A stretch of 64,000 bases of DNA from a bacterium (lineage in GTDB: Bacteria; Desulfobacterota; JADFVX01): the NCBI GenBank assembly GCA_032250935.1, contig JAVVFD010000001.1, forward strand, positions 10,976 through 74,975. The letters run 5' to 3'. Positions within the stretch are counted from its first letter, which is position 1; the number at the start of each line of letters is the position of its first letter. Shown here in pieces: positions 39,320 through 47,724 of this stretch. The notes beneath the pieces are model-generated. The model saw nothing but the letters and a program-made list of their open reading frames with translations, had not been told where the DNA came from and ran no database searches. The translations under genes and the position numbers were made by a program.

Positions 39320-41038
39320 ATGAAAAAAGAAAAACAAGAAAATATCGGCGAAATCCTAATTCGACTCGGGTTTTTGAAACCAAATGATCTTGAGGCAGCG
39401 CTCGCATCTGGAGTCAAAGATGATAAGGGCCTTGCAGAAGTATTCCTTGAAGAAGGGTATATAAATGAAGAAGAGCTGGCAAAGGCCCTTGCCGATCAAT
39501 ATGAGTATGAATATCTAAGCCTTAAAGAGTTAGAGCCTTCTGCTGAGATGCTGGAAGAGGTGCCTCTTGATTTAATGCTAAGGTACAACTTCATTCCCTT
39601 TGAAAAGCGAGACGCTTCCCTTGTCGTAGTCCTATCTGACCCCACCGATATAATAGTTATTGATGAGCTTGAACTGCTTTTGGATCGCCCGATTATCGTG
39701 GCGCTTGCATCGAAAAGTGGAATAGAAAAGGCGATAAAGATCTTTGAGCGCTCCGGAAGGCTCGTTAGTGATATATCCGCCGGCATGGAGCTTCAGCTTG
39801 TAAAAGAAACAGACGAGGGCGAAGAGGTACTATCGGTAGAGAAGATCTCTGAAGAGATGAGCCCCGTGGTGAAACTGGTCGATTCAACCATCCTTGACGC
39901 ACTTGGTAAAAGAGCGAGTGATATTCATATCGAGTGTACAGGAAAAGGGCTTGAGATCAAGTATCGGATAGATGGCGTCCTCTATCCGGTGGCAAAGCCC
40001 TTTGATGCCAAATTTCAAGGCCCTATTATTTCGAGAATCAAGATTATGTCCGAACTGGATATCTCGGAAAAAAGGATCCCGCAAGATGGCAGGTTCAAAC
40101 TGAGAATAAAGAGCAGGGCTATAGACTTCAGGGTTTCCATAATACCTACTATATTCGGCGAAGATGCCGTAATAAGGGTGCTTGATAAAGAAATGATTAG
40201 TGCAGAGATGGAAAAACTTTCTCTCGAATCCATAGGCTTTCATAGTGAAGAGCTTGTTCGCCTGAGAAGAATGATAAGGGAGCCCTATGGGATGGTGCTC
40301 GTAACCGGGCCGACAGGAAGCGGGAAAACAACAACATTATATGCCGCGCTGACCGAGATTAATTCATCAGAAGAAAAGGTAATAACTATTGAAGATCCGG
40401 TAGAATATAACCTTGACGGAATAGTACAGATTCCCGTAAATGAAAAAAAGGGACTTACCTTTGCCAGGGGCCTGAGATCAATACTTCGCCATGATCCCGA
40501 TAAAATCATGGTTGGTGAGATAAGGGATGAAGAAACGGCGCAGATAGCAATTCAGTCCGCCTTGACAGGGCATCTTGTTTTTACTACGGTACACGCGAAT
40601 AACGCCTTTGATGTTATAGGGCGGTTTCTTCATATGAACCTTGAGCCTTACAACTTCGTATCATCACTGAACTGCATCCTCGCACAAAGGCTGGTTAGAA
40701 AGATCTGCGGAAACTGCAAGCACAAGGTCAGTATGACAAAGGAAGATCTTGAGGATTCCCACCTGCCCTATGATGAATATAAAGACCATCCCTTTTACGA
40801 AGGTAAGGGATGTGTGGATTGTAACTACACCGGATACAAGGGACGGACTGCAATTGTGGAACTTCTTGACCTTACCGAGGAGATCAGGGAGTTGATCCTG
40901 GGAAGACACTCTACGGCTAAATTAAGACGAGCCGCAGCCGAATCAGGGACGGTCTTTTTGAGGGAAGATGCCATTAAAAAGGTATTAAATGGCGAAACGA
41001 CATTGAAGGAAATAAACAGGGTAACCTTCGTGGATTAA
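39320..41038 (+). CDS. gspE: Type II secretion / type IV pilus assembly ATPase (GspE/PilB family) with an N-terminal GspE_N/MshEN-like domain
   Basis: Walker A GPTGSGKTT, Asp box, His box, and the tetracysteine motif CGNCK...CVDCN. The ATG at 39320 is preferred over the listed TTG at 39269. Confidence 0.85.
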   Translation: MKKEKQENIGEILIRLGFLKPNDLEAALASGVKDDKGLAEVFLEEGYINEEELAKALADQYEYEYLSLKELEPSAEMLEEVPLDLMLRYNFIPFEKRDASLVVVLSDPTDIIVIDELELLLDRPIIVALASKSGIEKAIKIFERSGRLVSDISAGMELQLVKETDEGEEVLSVEKISEEMSPVVKLVDSTILDALGKRASDIHIECTGKGLEIKYRIDGVLYPVAKPFDAKFQGPIISRIKIMSELDISEKRIPQDGRFKLRIKSRAIDFRVSIIPTIFGEDAVIRVLDKEMISAEMEKLSLESIGFHSEELVRLRRMIREPYGMVLVTGPTGSGKTTTLYAALTEINSSEEKVITIEDPVEYNLDGIVQIPVNEKKGLTFARGLRSILRHDPDKIMVGEIRDEETAQIAIQSALTGHLVFTTVHANNAFDVIGRFLHMNLEPYNFVSSLNCILAQRLVRKICGNCKHKVSMTKEDLEDSHLPYDEYKDHPFYEGKGCVDCNYTGYKGRTAIVELLDLTEEIRELILGRHSTAKLRRAAAESGTVFLREDAIKKVLNGETTLKEINRVTFVD

Positions 41039-41042
41039 TAAT

Positions 41043-41960
41043 ATGATGTTTAATTCAAAAATAAAAAGAGGTCTCAGTATATCTTCATCGCAGCTTTCAT
41101 GGGTTGAGATAGATAGCTCAAGCAGTAGTAAGCCCGATATAAAGATCTCGGCTAATGAAAGTCTGCCTGAAGGCCTTGTCAAGCCTTTTTTTGCAAAGAG
41201 AAACATAGATGACAGAGAAGCCTTTAAGTTTGCAATTGAAAAGCTGATTCCAGGTGGGCATATGACCGGGGATATTGCTTTATCTATCCCGGATCATATT
41301 GCAAAGATAACATCCTTAAAATTTGATGATCTGCCGGATAGCAGGCAGGAAGTTGAGCAGCTTATTTTGTGGCGAATGAAAAAAACAGTGCCCCTTCCGG
41401 TAGCGGATATCAAGCTTGATTTTATCAGTTACAAGGCAAACGATGGTACCGTTGATGTTGCGGCTTCTGTTGCTTCAAGGCTTGTCTTGAGAGAATATGA
41501 AGATGTCTTGAAGGAAATGGGGCTAAGACCAAGGCTTGTAGATATTGCATCTATCAATACCCTTAGAGCTTTTGAGACTGCAATCCCCGAATCTTCCTTG
41601 TTTATAGAGCTGTCGGAAGACTCCTTAGGTATGGCAATACTGGATGAAGGGAGGCTCGGTTTTTTTAGAAGCAAGGAGGTCGAGGGCAGTTCAGATAAAG
41701 TGCTATCGGATAAAGTAAAAAGGGAGATTGTTTCAACGCTGGCATATTTGAGGACAACCTTTCCTGAAAAGGAAATAGCAACAATCTGCTTTCATTCCAC
41801 TATCCCTGGGTTAGAAGAGATTATAAAAGGCCTTGAAGCAGGCTTTGAAGGAAGTATTGTTAATCTATCCGTTTCAGATTATATAAGCGAAGCAGAGGCA
41901 GGAAGTGACAATATTGATGAGCATCTGGCCCCGGCTATTGGAGGAGCTCTTAGGCTATAA
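41043..41960 (+). CDS. pilM: PilM/GspL-like actin-fold assembly protein
   Basis: Comparable in size and position to PilM, with a C-terminal LAPAIGGALRL. First of a pilMNO-like run. Confidence 0.55.
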   Translation: MMFNSKIKRGLSISSSQLSWVEIDSSSSSKPDIKISANESLPEGLVKPFFAKRNIDDREAFKFAIEKLIPGGHMTGDIALSIPDHIAKITSLKFDDLPDSRQEVEQLILWRMKKTVPLPVADIKLDFISYKANDGTVDVAASVASRLVLREYEDVLKEMGLRPRLVDIASINTLRAFETAIPESSLFIELSEDSLGMAILDEGRLGFFRSKEVEGSSDKVLSDKVKREIVSTLAYLRTTFPEKEIATICFHSTIPGLEEIIKGLEAGFEGSIVNLSVSDYISEAEAGSDNIDEHLAPAIGGALRL

Positions 41961-41963
41961 ATA

Positions 41964-42530
41964 ATGAAGGGATTTAATCTATCTACATATTCTTATACCG
42001 ACAGGAATACGGCCTTTGGCGCATACCTCGTCACTGTCATTATAGTTATTGCGTTGACCGCATATAACGTGAGTTCATATGTAGAATCTATGAAAAATAA
42101 AGAGGTCATGTTTAATAAGGTTGATTCTATTAGCAAGGAAGTAAGGCTATTGGGAGTAAAATTAGAGCAGGGGAAAACAGGTTTATCAAAGACAGACAGC
42201 GTAAAAAAAGCAGAAATAATGGCAAAAGAGATTAACAATATAAATGCCGTTATAAAGAAAAAGAGCTTTTCCTGGAGCGAACTATTCTACTCTATTGAAA
42301 AGGCTACGCCAAAAGGGGTTTCAATTGAGGCTATTAAGCCGAATTACAATACAAGGAAGGTGACTATTAATGGAGTCGCCCTGAATCTTGGGGACATTAC
42401 AAACTTTGTAGATAACCTAAAGGATAGGCCATATATAAAAAATGGTTTTCTCGTAAGCGAGCAAGAATCGCTAAACAAGCAAAAGAAAATGGTTTTATCA
42501 TTTGTAATAGCTGCAGACGGGGATTTTTAG
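41964..42530 (+). CDS. pilN: PilN-like bitopic inner-membrane protein
   Basis: Single N-terminal transmembrane helix, a coiled coil, then a periplasmic domain. Confidence 0.5.
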   Translation: MKGFNLSTYSYTDRNTAFGAYLVTVIIVIALTAYNVSSYVESMKNKEVMFNKVDSISKEVRLLGVKLEQGKTGLSKTDSVKKAEIMAKEINNINAVIKKKSFSWSELFYSIEKATPKGVSIEAIKPNYNTRKVTINGVALNLGDITNFVDNLKDRPYIKNGFLVSEQESLNKQKKMVLSFVIAADGDF

Positions 42531-42532
42531 CA

Positions 42533-43093
42533 TTGTTTGAGAATATGAAAATGTATATTTCCGAGGGGCGGCGTTTTTATCTGGCAGCCGGAGCGATATT
42601 TACCTTCAATCTTATCTTTTTGATCGCCCTTGTCCTGCCGAATAATGCTGATGTTGACGCACTTAGAAATAACTATTCCTCGCTCAGGAAGGACCGCGCG
42701 AGCAAGATTGAAGAGTTAAAAGTGATTGCAGATTCAGGCGTCGCTCTTAAGACTATGAATAGCGATATAGATATGTTCCTTAACAGGATGCCGGAAAAGG
42801 TGACCATGTCGGGTATTGTCAGGGAATTTCATAGACTGGCAAAAAAATCTGCCCTCAGTATAAGTTCGGCGAAATATTCACCTCCTGTAAGAGAAGGTGA
42901 ATATTTAATGAGAAATGATATCTCTTTTCCCGTATCGGGACTCTACAAGAATATCCGCAAGTTCATATATAATATTGAAAAAATGCCATATCTTATGACC
43001 ATTGATGATCCGGCACTTACATCCAGGGGAGATCAAACTGTTTCGGTGACAATCAGAATATCATTATATCTGAGGGTGGAAGCGGATGAATAA
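42533..43093 (+). CDS. pilO: PilO/GspM-like bitopic inner-membrane protein
   Basis: One N-terminal transmembrane helix with a periplasmic domain, downstream of the PilN-like gene. Start uncertain (TTG at 42533, or ATG at 42545 or 42551). Confidence 0.45.
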   Translation: MFENMKMYISEGRRFYLAAGAIFTFNLIFLIALVLPNNADVDALRNNYSSLRKDRASKIEELKVIADSGVALKTMNSDIDMFLNRMPEKVTMSGIVREFHRLAKKSALSISSAKYSPPVREGEYLMRNDISFPVSGLYKNIRKFIYNIEKMPYLMTIDDPALTSRGDQTVSVTIRISLYLRVEADE

Positions 43094-43865
43094 GAAAAGT
43101 ATAATCCTTGGCGTGCTCTTACTGTTTTTTGCAGTGTTGACATATAATAATTTCAAGGACTCCCGACCTCGGAGGATAGAAAAACTTACCTATGTAACCG
43201 GCGCGGACGTGATATCTGTAAAAAAAGATATTTCAGCCCCCCCCTTGATAAACAAGAATTTATTTCCACCTGAGAGAGAGCCTTTTAGAATCGCAAACAA
43301 AAATATATTCAGGCCGGTCGGGTTTAAAGTTAAAACAAAGAAAATTGAACCCCCTATCGCCGCGCCCGCCAAAGAGTTGCTCCTGTCACCGGGAGCCATA
43401 GCCCTGGAAATTGGAGCTAGCGCCGAGGTCAATGTTGAGAATGCAGGGGCCGCTCTTAATATTCTGATTTCACCACAAGATGTAGCTTCAGGAAGCGGGA
43501 CCTCCTCTCCCCTTACATTTAGATGCGAAAAGGAAGGCAGCGCAAGTGCGGCCATATCTGACGGTAAAAGGTCAGCATCTCTACAGGTAGACTGTCGCAT
43601 GCGGCCCGAGGAAAGGAAACTTGCCGACTTTATATTTCTCGGTTTTCTGGCTCAGGAAAAAGAAAAGACCATATTTCTTTCAAGAATTAGAGACAATGAG
43701 ATATTTGTCGTTAAAAAAGGTGACGTAATTATAAAAAAGGGTGCTACAATTACGCAAAACTACGTTGTTAAAGGGATTGCTGACGATAAAATAATCATAT
43801 CTTCTGCCGATGGCACGGATATTATGGAAATAAATCTCACGGAAAATGAACCTCTCAGAAAATAA
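43086..43865 (+). CDS. Putative secretin-associated protein (PilP/GspC-like)
   Basis: An N-terminal transmembrane helix is followed by Pro/Ala-rich linkers and a C-terminal beta-rich domain, directly upstream of the secretin gene. Confidence 0.3.
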   Translation: MNKKSIILGVLLLFFAVLTYNNFKDSRPRRIEKLTYVTGADVISVKKDISAPPLINKNLFPPEREPFRIANKNIFRPVGFKVKTKKIEPPIAAPAKELLLSPGAIALEIGASAEVNVENAGAALNILISPQDVASGSGTSSPLTFRCEKEGSASAAISDGKRSASLQVDCRMRPEERKLADFIFLGFLAQEKEKTIFLSRIRDNEIFVVKKGDVIIKKGATITQNYVVKGIADDKIIISSADGTDIMEINLTENEPLRK

Positions 43866-43881
43866 GGGAAGGAGTATAAAT

Positions 43882-46188
43882 ATGTTTTTAAACCTCACTT
43901 ATATACCAAGGCTGACCATAATATTGGTGATCTGTCTGTCTGTTGCCGGTTGTGCCAGCACTAAGCTTGTAAGAGACGGGGATATGCTTGCATCACAGGG
44001 AAGATGGGATGAGGCTCTTGATCAATATGATAAGGCGCTTGAAACATCACCGGATAATACGGGATTCCGCATAAAAGTAATAGAAACTAAATATAAAGCT
44101 TCACTTGCACACATAAAAAAAGGTGAAGCTCTTTTGCAAAAAGAAGATTATGATCGAGCAATTTTAGAGTTCCAGATTGCAACTGCCTTAAATCCCTCCA
44201 TCAAAAGGAGCGAATATCTTGCGATGGAGGCGAAGAAAAGAAAGGATGCGGCCTATTATTACAAAGCCGGTCTGGATTTTCTGAAACAGAAAAAAACAGT
44301 TGAAGCCAAGGCAGCGCTTAAAAGAGCTCTGTCGTTAAATGCTAATCTTGAAGGGGCGGCAGAAGAGCTTGAACGTTTAGAGCAGGATAAAAAAACAATA
44401 TTGGGCGGCTATGAGCTGAATCTTAAGAGTGAAAAACCGATAACACTTAAATTTAAAGACACTCCTGTAAAGGATATCTTTGATATTATTTCCAAGCTGT
44501 CAGGCATAAACTTTATATTTGATGAAGGCGTGAAAAAACAAAAGGCCTCCCTATACATTGAACAAGCCACATTCGGCCAGGCCCTGGACCTGGTTCTTAT
44601 GACGAATCAACTTTTCCAGAAAGTAGTCAATGAAAATACTATTATAATCATCCCCGACACCAAGTCAAAAAGACAGCAATATGAGGATCTTATGATACAC
44701 ACCTTTTCCTTGTCCAACCTGGAGGCGAAAAAGGCTGTAAATCTTTTAAGGACCCTGCTCAAGATAAAAAGCATATATGTTAACGAGGAATTAAATACTA
44801 TAGTTGTGCGCGATACCCCCGAGGTTGTCTCGCTCGCGGAAAAGTTGCTAAGGGCGAACGACCTCACCGATGCCGAAGTGATGCTTGAAGTTGAAATACT
44901 GGAAGTAGGGAATACGGATACGGAAAAGTTGGGACTGGATCTTCAGCCTGATGAAATAACAGCCGGTTTGCGAGATGTGGGCAGCAAGGAACTTACCTAT
45001 GGTTTTCTCAAAGGTGCATCCAGTGCAGATATACTTTTCACAATACCAGACATCGCCATAGATTTACAAAAACAGTCTGGCAATGTTACGACCCTTGCAA
45101 ATCCAAAAATTCGAGTGGCCAACAATAAAAAAGCTAAAATACATATAGGCGAAAGAATTCCTATAATAACAGTCACCACCAGTGGAGCCGACAATGTTAC
45201 AGAAAATGTTCAGTATGTTGATGTCGGAGTAAAACTTAATGTTGAGCCGGTTATTCATCTTGATAATGAAGTTACCTTGAAAATCACTCTTGAAATCAGT
45301 ACGCTGGGAGAGCAGGTCGCAGCTTCAAAAAGTACGGTTTTTAGAATAGGCACCAGGAATGCGGAAACGGAGCTCAGGCTTCATGATGGTGAAACCCAGA
45401 TAATGGGCGGATTAATTAAGGATGAAGAAAGAGAGACTACGGTAAAGGTGCCCTTCCTTGGTGATATCCCGATTTTGGGAAGGCTTTTCTCCTCCGTCTC
45501 AGATAGCGCCAATAAGTCAGAAATTCTTTTATCTATTACGCCCCATATAGTCAGGACTAGAGAGGTCGCCGATGAGGGGGTAACCAGCATATGGTCCGGC
45601 AGGGAACAGGAATTTTCCGACAGATCTCCTTTTGAATCATTTGAGGAGCAGGGACCGGATGTGGATCTTCCTGAACCTGTGACTCAAATCTTTGGCGGTG
45701 TGGGCCGTGCCGCAGCGGCAGAAGAGGCGCAAGCAGAGGAGGGGGAGCCAGAGGTAATCCCTCCCGCTTCCGGAGATTCGGCGGTTATTTCAATAGCCGG
45801 GCCGGCTTCAGCAGCAGTAGATGATGAAATCGATTTAAGCATCAACATAAGCAGCAGTCAAAAGGTTGTAAGTGTTCCATTTTATGTGAGGTATGACCCA
45901 GTTTTTCTCGAATTCACCAAGGCAACGGAAGGGACGTTTATGAAGATGGACGGCAAGTCTGCCACCTTCATGACATCTAATGATGCCACAAAGGGCCGTC
46001 TGATAGTGGGCAATTCAAGGCTGGGAGACAGAGACGGTATTAGCGGGCAGGGAGATCTGATGTCGGTAAGGTTCAAGGCAAGGAAGAACGGCAGCACGAA
46101 TGTTTATCTTGAAAACTACAGGGTAACCGATGGCAGCGGCAAGGTCGTACCTGCAATAGTTTCAGGAAAGGATCTGGAAATTAAATAA
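43882..46188 (+). CDS. gspD: Secretin (GspD/PilQ family) with an N-terminal TPR region and a C-terminal cohesin-like domain
   Basis: Lipobox LSVAGCAS. The secretin core contains VPFLGDIPILGRLF. The C-terminal roughly 140 aa match the cohesin beta-sandwich pattern. ATG at 43882 has an AAGGAG ribosome-binding site. Confidence 0.75.
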   Translation: MFLNLTYIPRLTIILVICLSVAGCASTKLVRDGDMLASQGRWDEALDQYDKALETSPDNTGFRIKVIETKYKASLAHIKKGEALLQKEDYDRAILEFQIATALNPSIKRSEYLAMEAKKRKDAAYYYKAGLDFLKQKKTVEAKAALKRALSLNANLEGAAEELERLEQDKKTILGGYELNLKSEKPITLKFKDTPVKDIFDIISKLSGINFIFDEGVKKQKASLYIEQATFGQALDLVLMTNQLFQKVVNENTIIIIPDTKSKRQQYEDLMIHTFSLSNLEAKKAVNLLRTLLKIKSIYVNEELNTIVVRDTPEVVSLAEKLLRANDLTDAEVMLEVEILEVGNTDTEKLGLDLQPDEITAGLRDVGSKELTYGFLKGASSADILFTIPDIAIDLQKQSGNVTTLANPKIRVANNKKAKIHIGERIPIITVTTSGADNVTENVQYVDVGVKLNVEPVIHLDNEVTLKITLEISTLGEQVAASKSTVFRIGTRNAETELRLHDGETQIMGGLIKDEERETTVKVPFLGDIPILGRLFSSVSDSANKSEILLSITPHIVRTREVADEGVTSIWSGREQEFSDRSPFESFEEQGPDVDLPEPVTQIFGGVGRAAAAEEAQAEEGEPEVIPPASGDSAVISIAGPASAAVDDEIDLSINISSSQKVVSVPFYVRYDPVFLEFTKATEGTFMKMDGKSATFMTSNDATKGRLIVGNSRLGDRDGISGQGDLMSVRFKARKNGSTNVYLENYRVTDGSGKVVPAIVSGKDLEIK

Positions 46189-46233
46189 GAGATAACCCGC
46201 ACCGCTTTACCATCATCAAACCTGAGAATAGAT

Positions 46234-46725
46234 ATGAGAGTAAAAAAAAATCTTTTAACTGAAAGAGGTCTGACTCTCATAGAGCTTGTCATTGTTATAG
46301 CCATTATAGGGGTCCTTGCCTCAGCTGTCGCCCCGCTAGCCAATATCAGTAAAAAGCGGGCAAAAGAGTTTGAACTCAAGAGGAGTTTGAGGATTTTAAG
46401 ATCAGCTATTGATAGGTATAAAAATGCCTATGACAATAAGAATATTGATAATGAAATCGGACGTTCAGGCTATCCCGAATCATTCCTGGAGTTGATCGAA
46501 GGCGTCAAGGATGCAAAAGACCCCGAGGGGCGAATGATTTATTTTTTAAGGCGCGTGCCGCGTGATCCTATGAACATGAATGAGTTTATCTCCCCCGAGG
46601 AGACCTGGGAGATCAGGGCCCATGATAATGAGCCCGACGATTTTTCTGGGGGAGAGGATATATTTGACATTCGCTCTTCAAGTGACGATATAGCCCTTGA
46701 CGGAACGGCTTATAAAGATTGGTGA
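46234..46725 (+). CDS. gspG: GspG-like major pseudopilin (prepilin-type N-terminus)
   Basis: Leader MRVKKNLLTERG|LTLIELVIVIAIIGVLA, and a GspG-like C-terminus ending DIALDGTAYKDW. Confidence 0.7.
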   Translation: MRVKKNLLTERGLTLIELVIVIAIIGVLASAVAPLANISKKRAKEFELKRSLRILRSAIDRYKNAYDNKNIDNEIGRSGYPESFLELIEGVKDAKDPEGRMIYFLRRVPRDPMNMNEFISPEETWEIRAHDNEPDDFSGGEDIFDIRSSSDDIALDGTAYKDW

Positions 46726-46728
46726 TAT

Positions 46729-47163
46729 ATGGTTCTAAAGGAAATGCGAATGACGGACATCGAAAAGAAATCCAGCCTGCTGCGCAATAAGAATAATGAA
46801 AAGGGGTTTACCCTTATCGAGCTTATGATAGTGATGACTATCATCGCTATACTATTGACAATTGCCCAGCCTACGTACAGGGAATCAACAATCAAGGCAA
46901 GAGAGGCGGTTCTCATGGAGGACCTGTTTGCGCTGAGAGATGTAATAGATCAATTTTATCTGGATAAGAGCAGATATCCCGATTCTCTTGAAGAGCTTAC
47001 TGACGGAGGGTATATACGTTCACTTCCAAGGGACCCCTTTACACGTTCATCCGATACATGGCAGCTTATCCCTCCTCCGGAAGGTTTTGAAGGCAGTGTC
47101 TATGATGTCCACAGCGGCAGCGACCTGATCGCGCTTGATGGCAGCGCCTATAACGAATGGTAA
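46729..47163 (+). CDS. Second GspG-like pseudopilin paralogue
   Basis: KG|FTLIELMIVMTIIAIL, and a C-terminus ending DLIALDGSAYNEW. The leader is unusually long (26 aa from the listed ATG). Confidence 0.65.
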   Translation: MVLKEMRMTDIEKKSSLLRNKNNEKGFTLIELMIVMTIIAILLTIAQPTYRESTIKAREAVLMEDLFALRDVIDQFYLDKSRYPDSLEELTDGGYIRSLPRDPFTRSSDTWQLIPPPEGFEGSVYDVHSGSDLIALDGSAYNEW

Positions 47164-47216
47164 CAGCTAAGCTTTAAAGAGCGGACTTTTTTTATTTGGC
47201 TGCCGGAGATAGTAAA

Positions 47217-47693
47217 ATGTATAAGTCATTTAGCGATAAAGGATTTACTTACATTTCACTTTTATTTGCAATTGTGGTTATAGGCGTCTCGCTTTCAGCG
47301 ATGGGAAGGCAGTGGAGTCTTATCGACAGGGCAGACAAGGAAGAGGAACTGCTTTTCAGGGGGGACCAGTTTGTCAGAGCGATAGACGCATACTATAAAA
47401 GCGCCCATGGACAGGCCAAGCTTTATCCAAAAACCTTCGATCATCTTTTAAAAGATCCTCGCAGCCTTGCCCCCAAAAGATATCTGAGAAAAATATATAA
47501 AGACCCGTTAACTGGCAAAGCGGACTGGGTCCCGATTATAGAACAAAAATCGGGACGTATAAAGGGAGTGAAGAGCCGAAGCGATAATCCTCCCTTAAAG
47601 GAAGATGGCTTTCCCGAAAGATACAGACATTTTAAAGGGAAGAACAGCTACAGTGAATGGGAATTTGTCCACAAGCCCGGGATGACCTGGTAG
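47217..47693 (+). CDS. Third prepilin-type (minor pseudopilin-like) protein
   Basis: MYKSFSDKG|FTYISLLFAIVVIGVSLSA. ATG at 47217 has a GGAGAT ribosome-binding site. Confidence 0.5.
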   Translation: MYKSFSDKGFTYISLLFAIVVIGVSLSAMGRQWSLIDRADKEEELLFRGDQFVRAIDAYYKSAHGQAKLYPKTFDHLLKDPRSLAPKRYLRKIYKDPLTGKADWVPIIEQKSGRIKGVKSRSDNPPLKEDGFPERYRHFKGKNSYSEWEFVHKPGMTW

Positions 47694-47724
47694 CTTCGGC
47701 CGGTTTTTTTTCTGCTCATTATCG

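Noticed and set aside
47694-47724. Possible terminator (GCTTCGGCCGG + T8) between the third pilin gene and the kinase gene
   Set aside because: The stem is only 3-4 bp and imperfect. The T-run alone is insufficient evidence.
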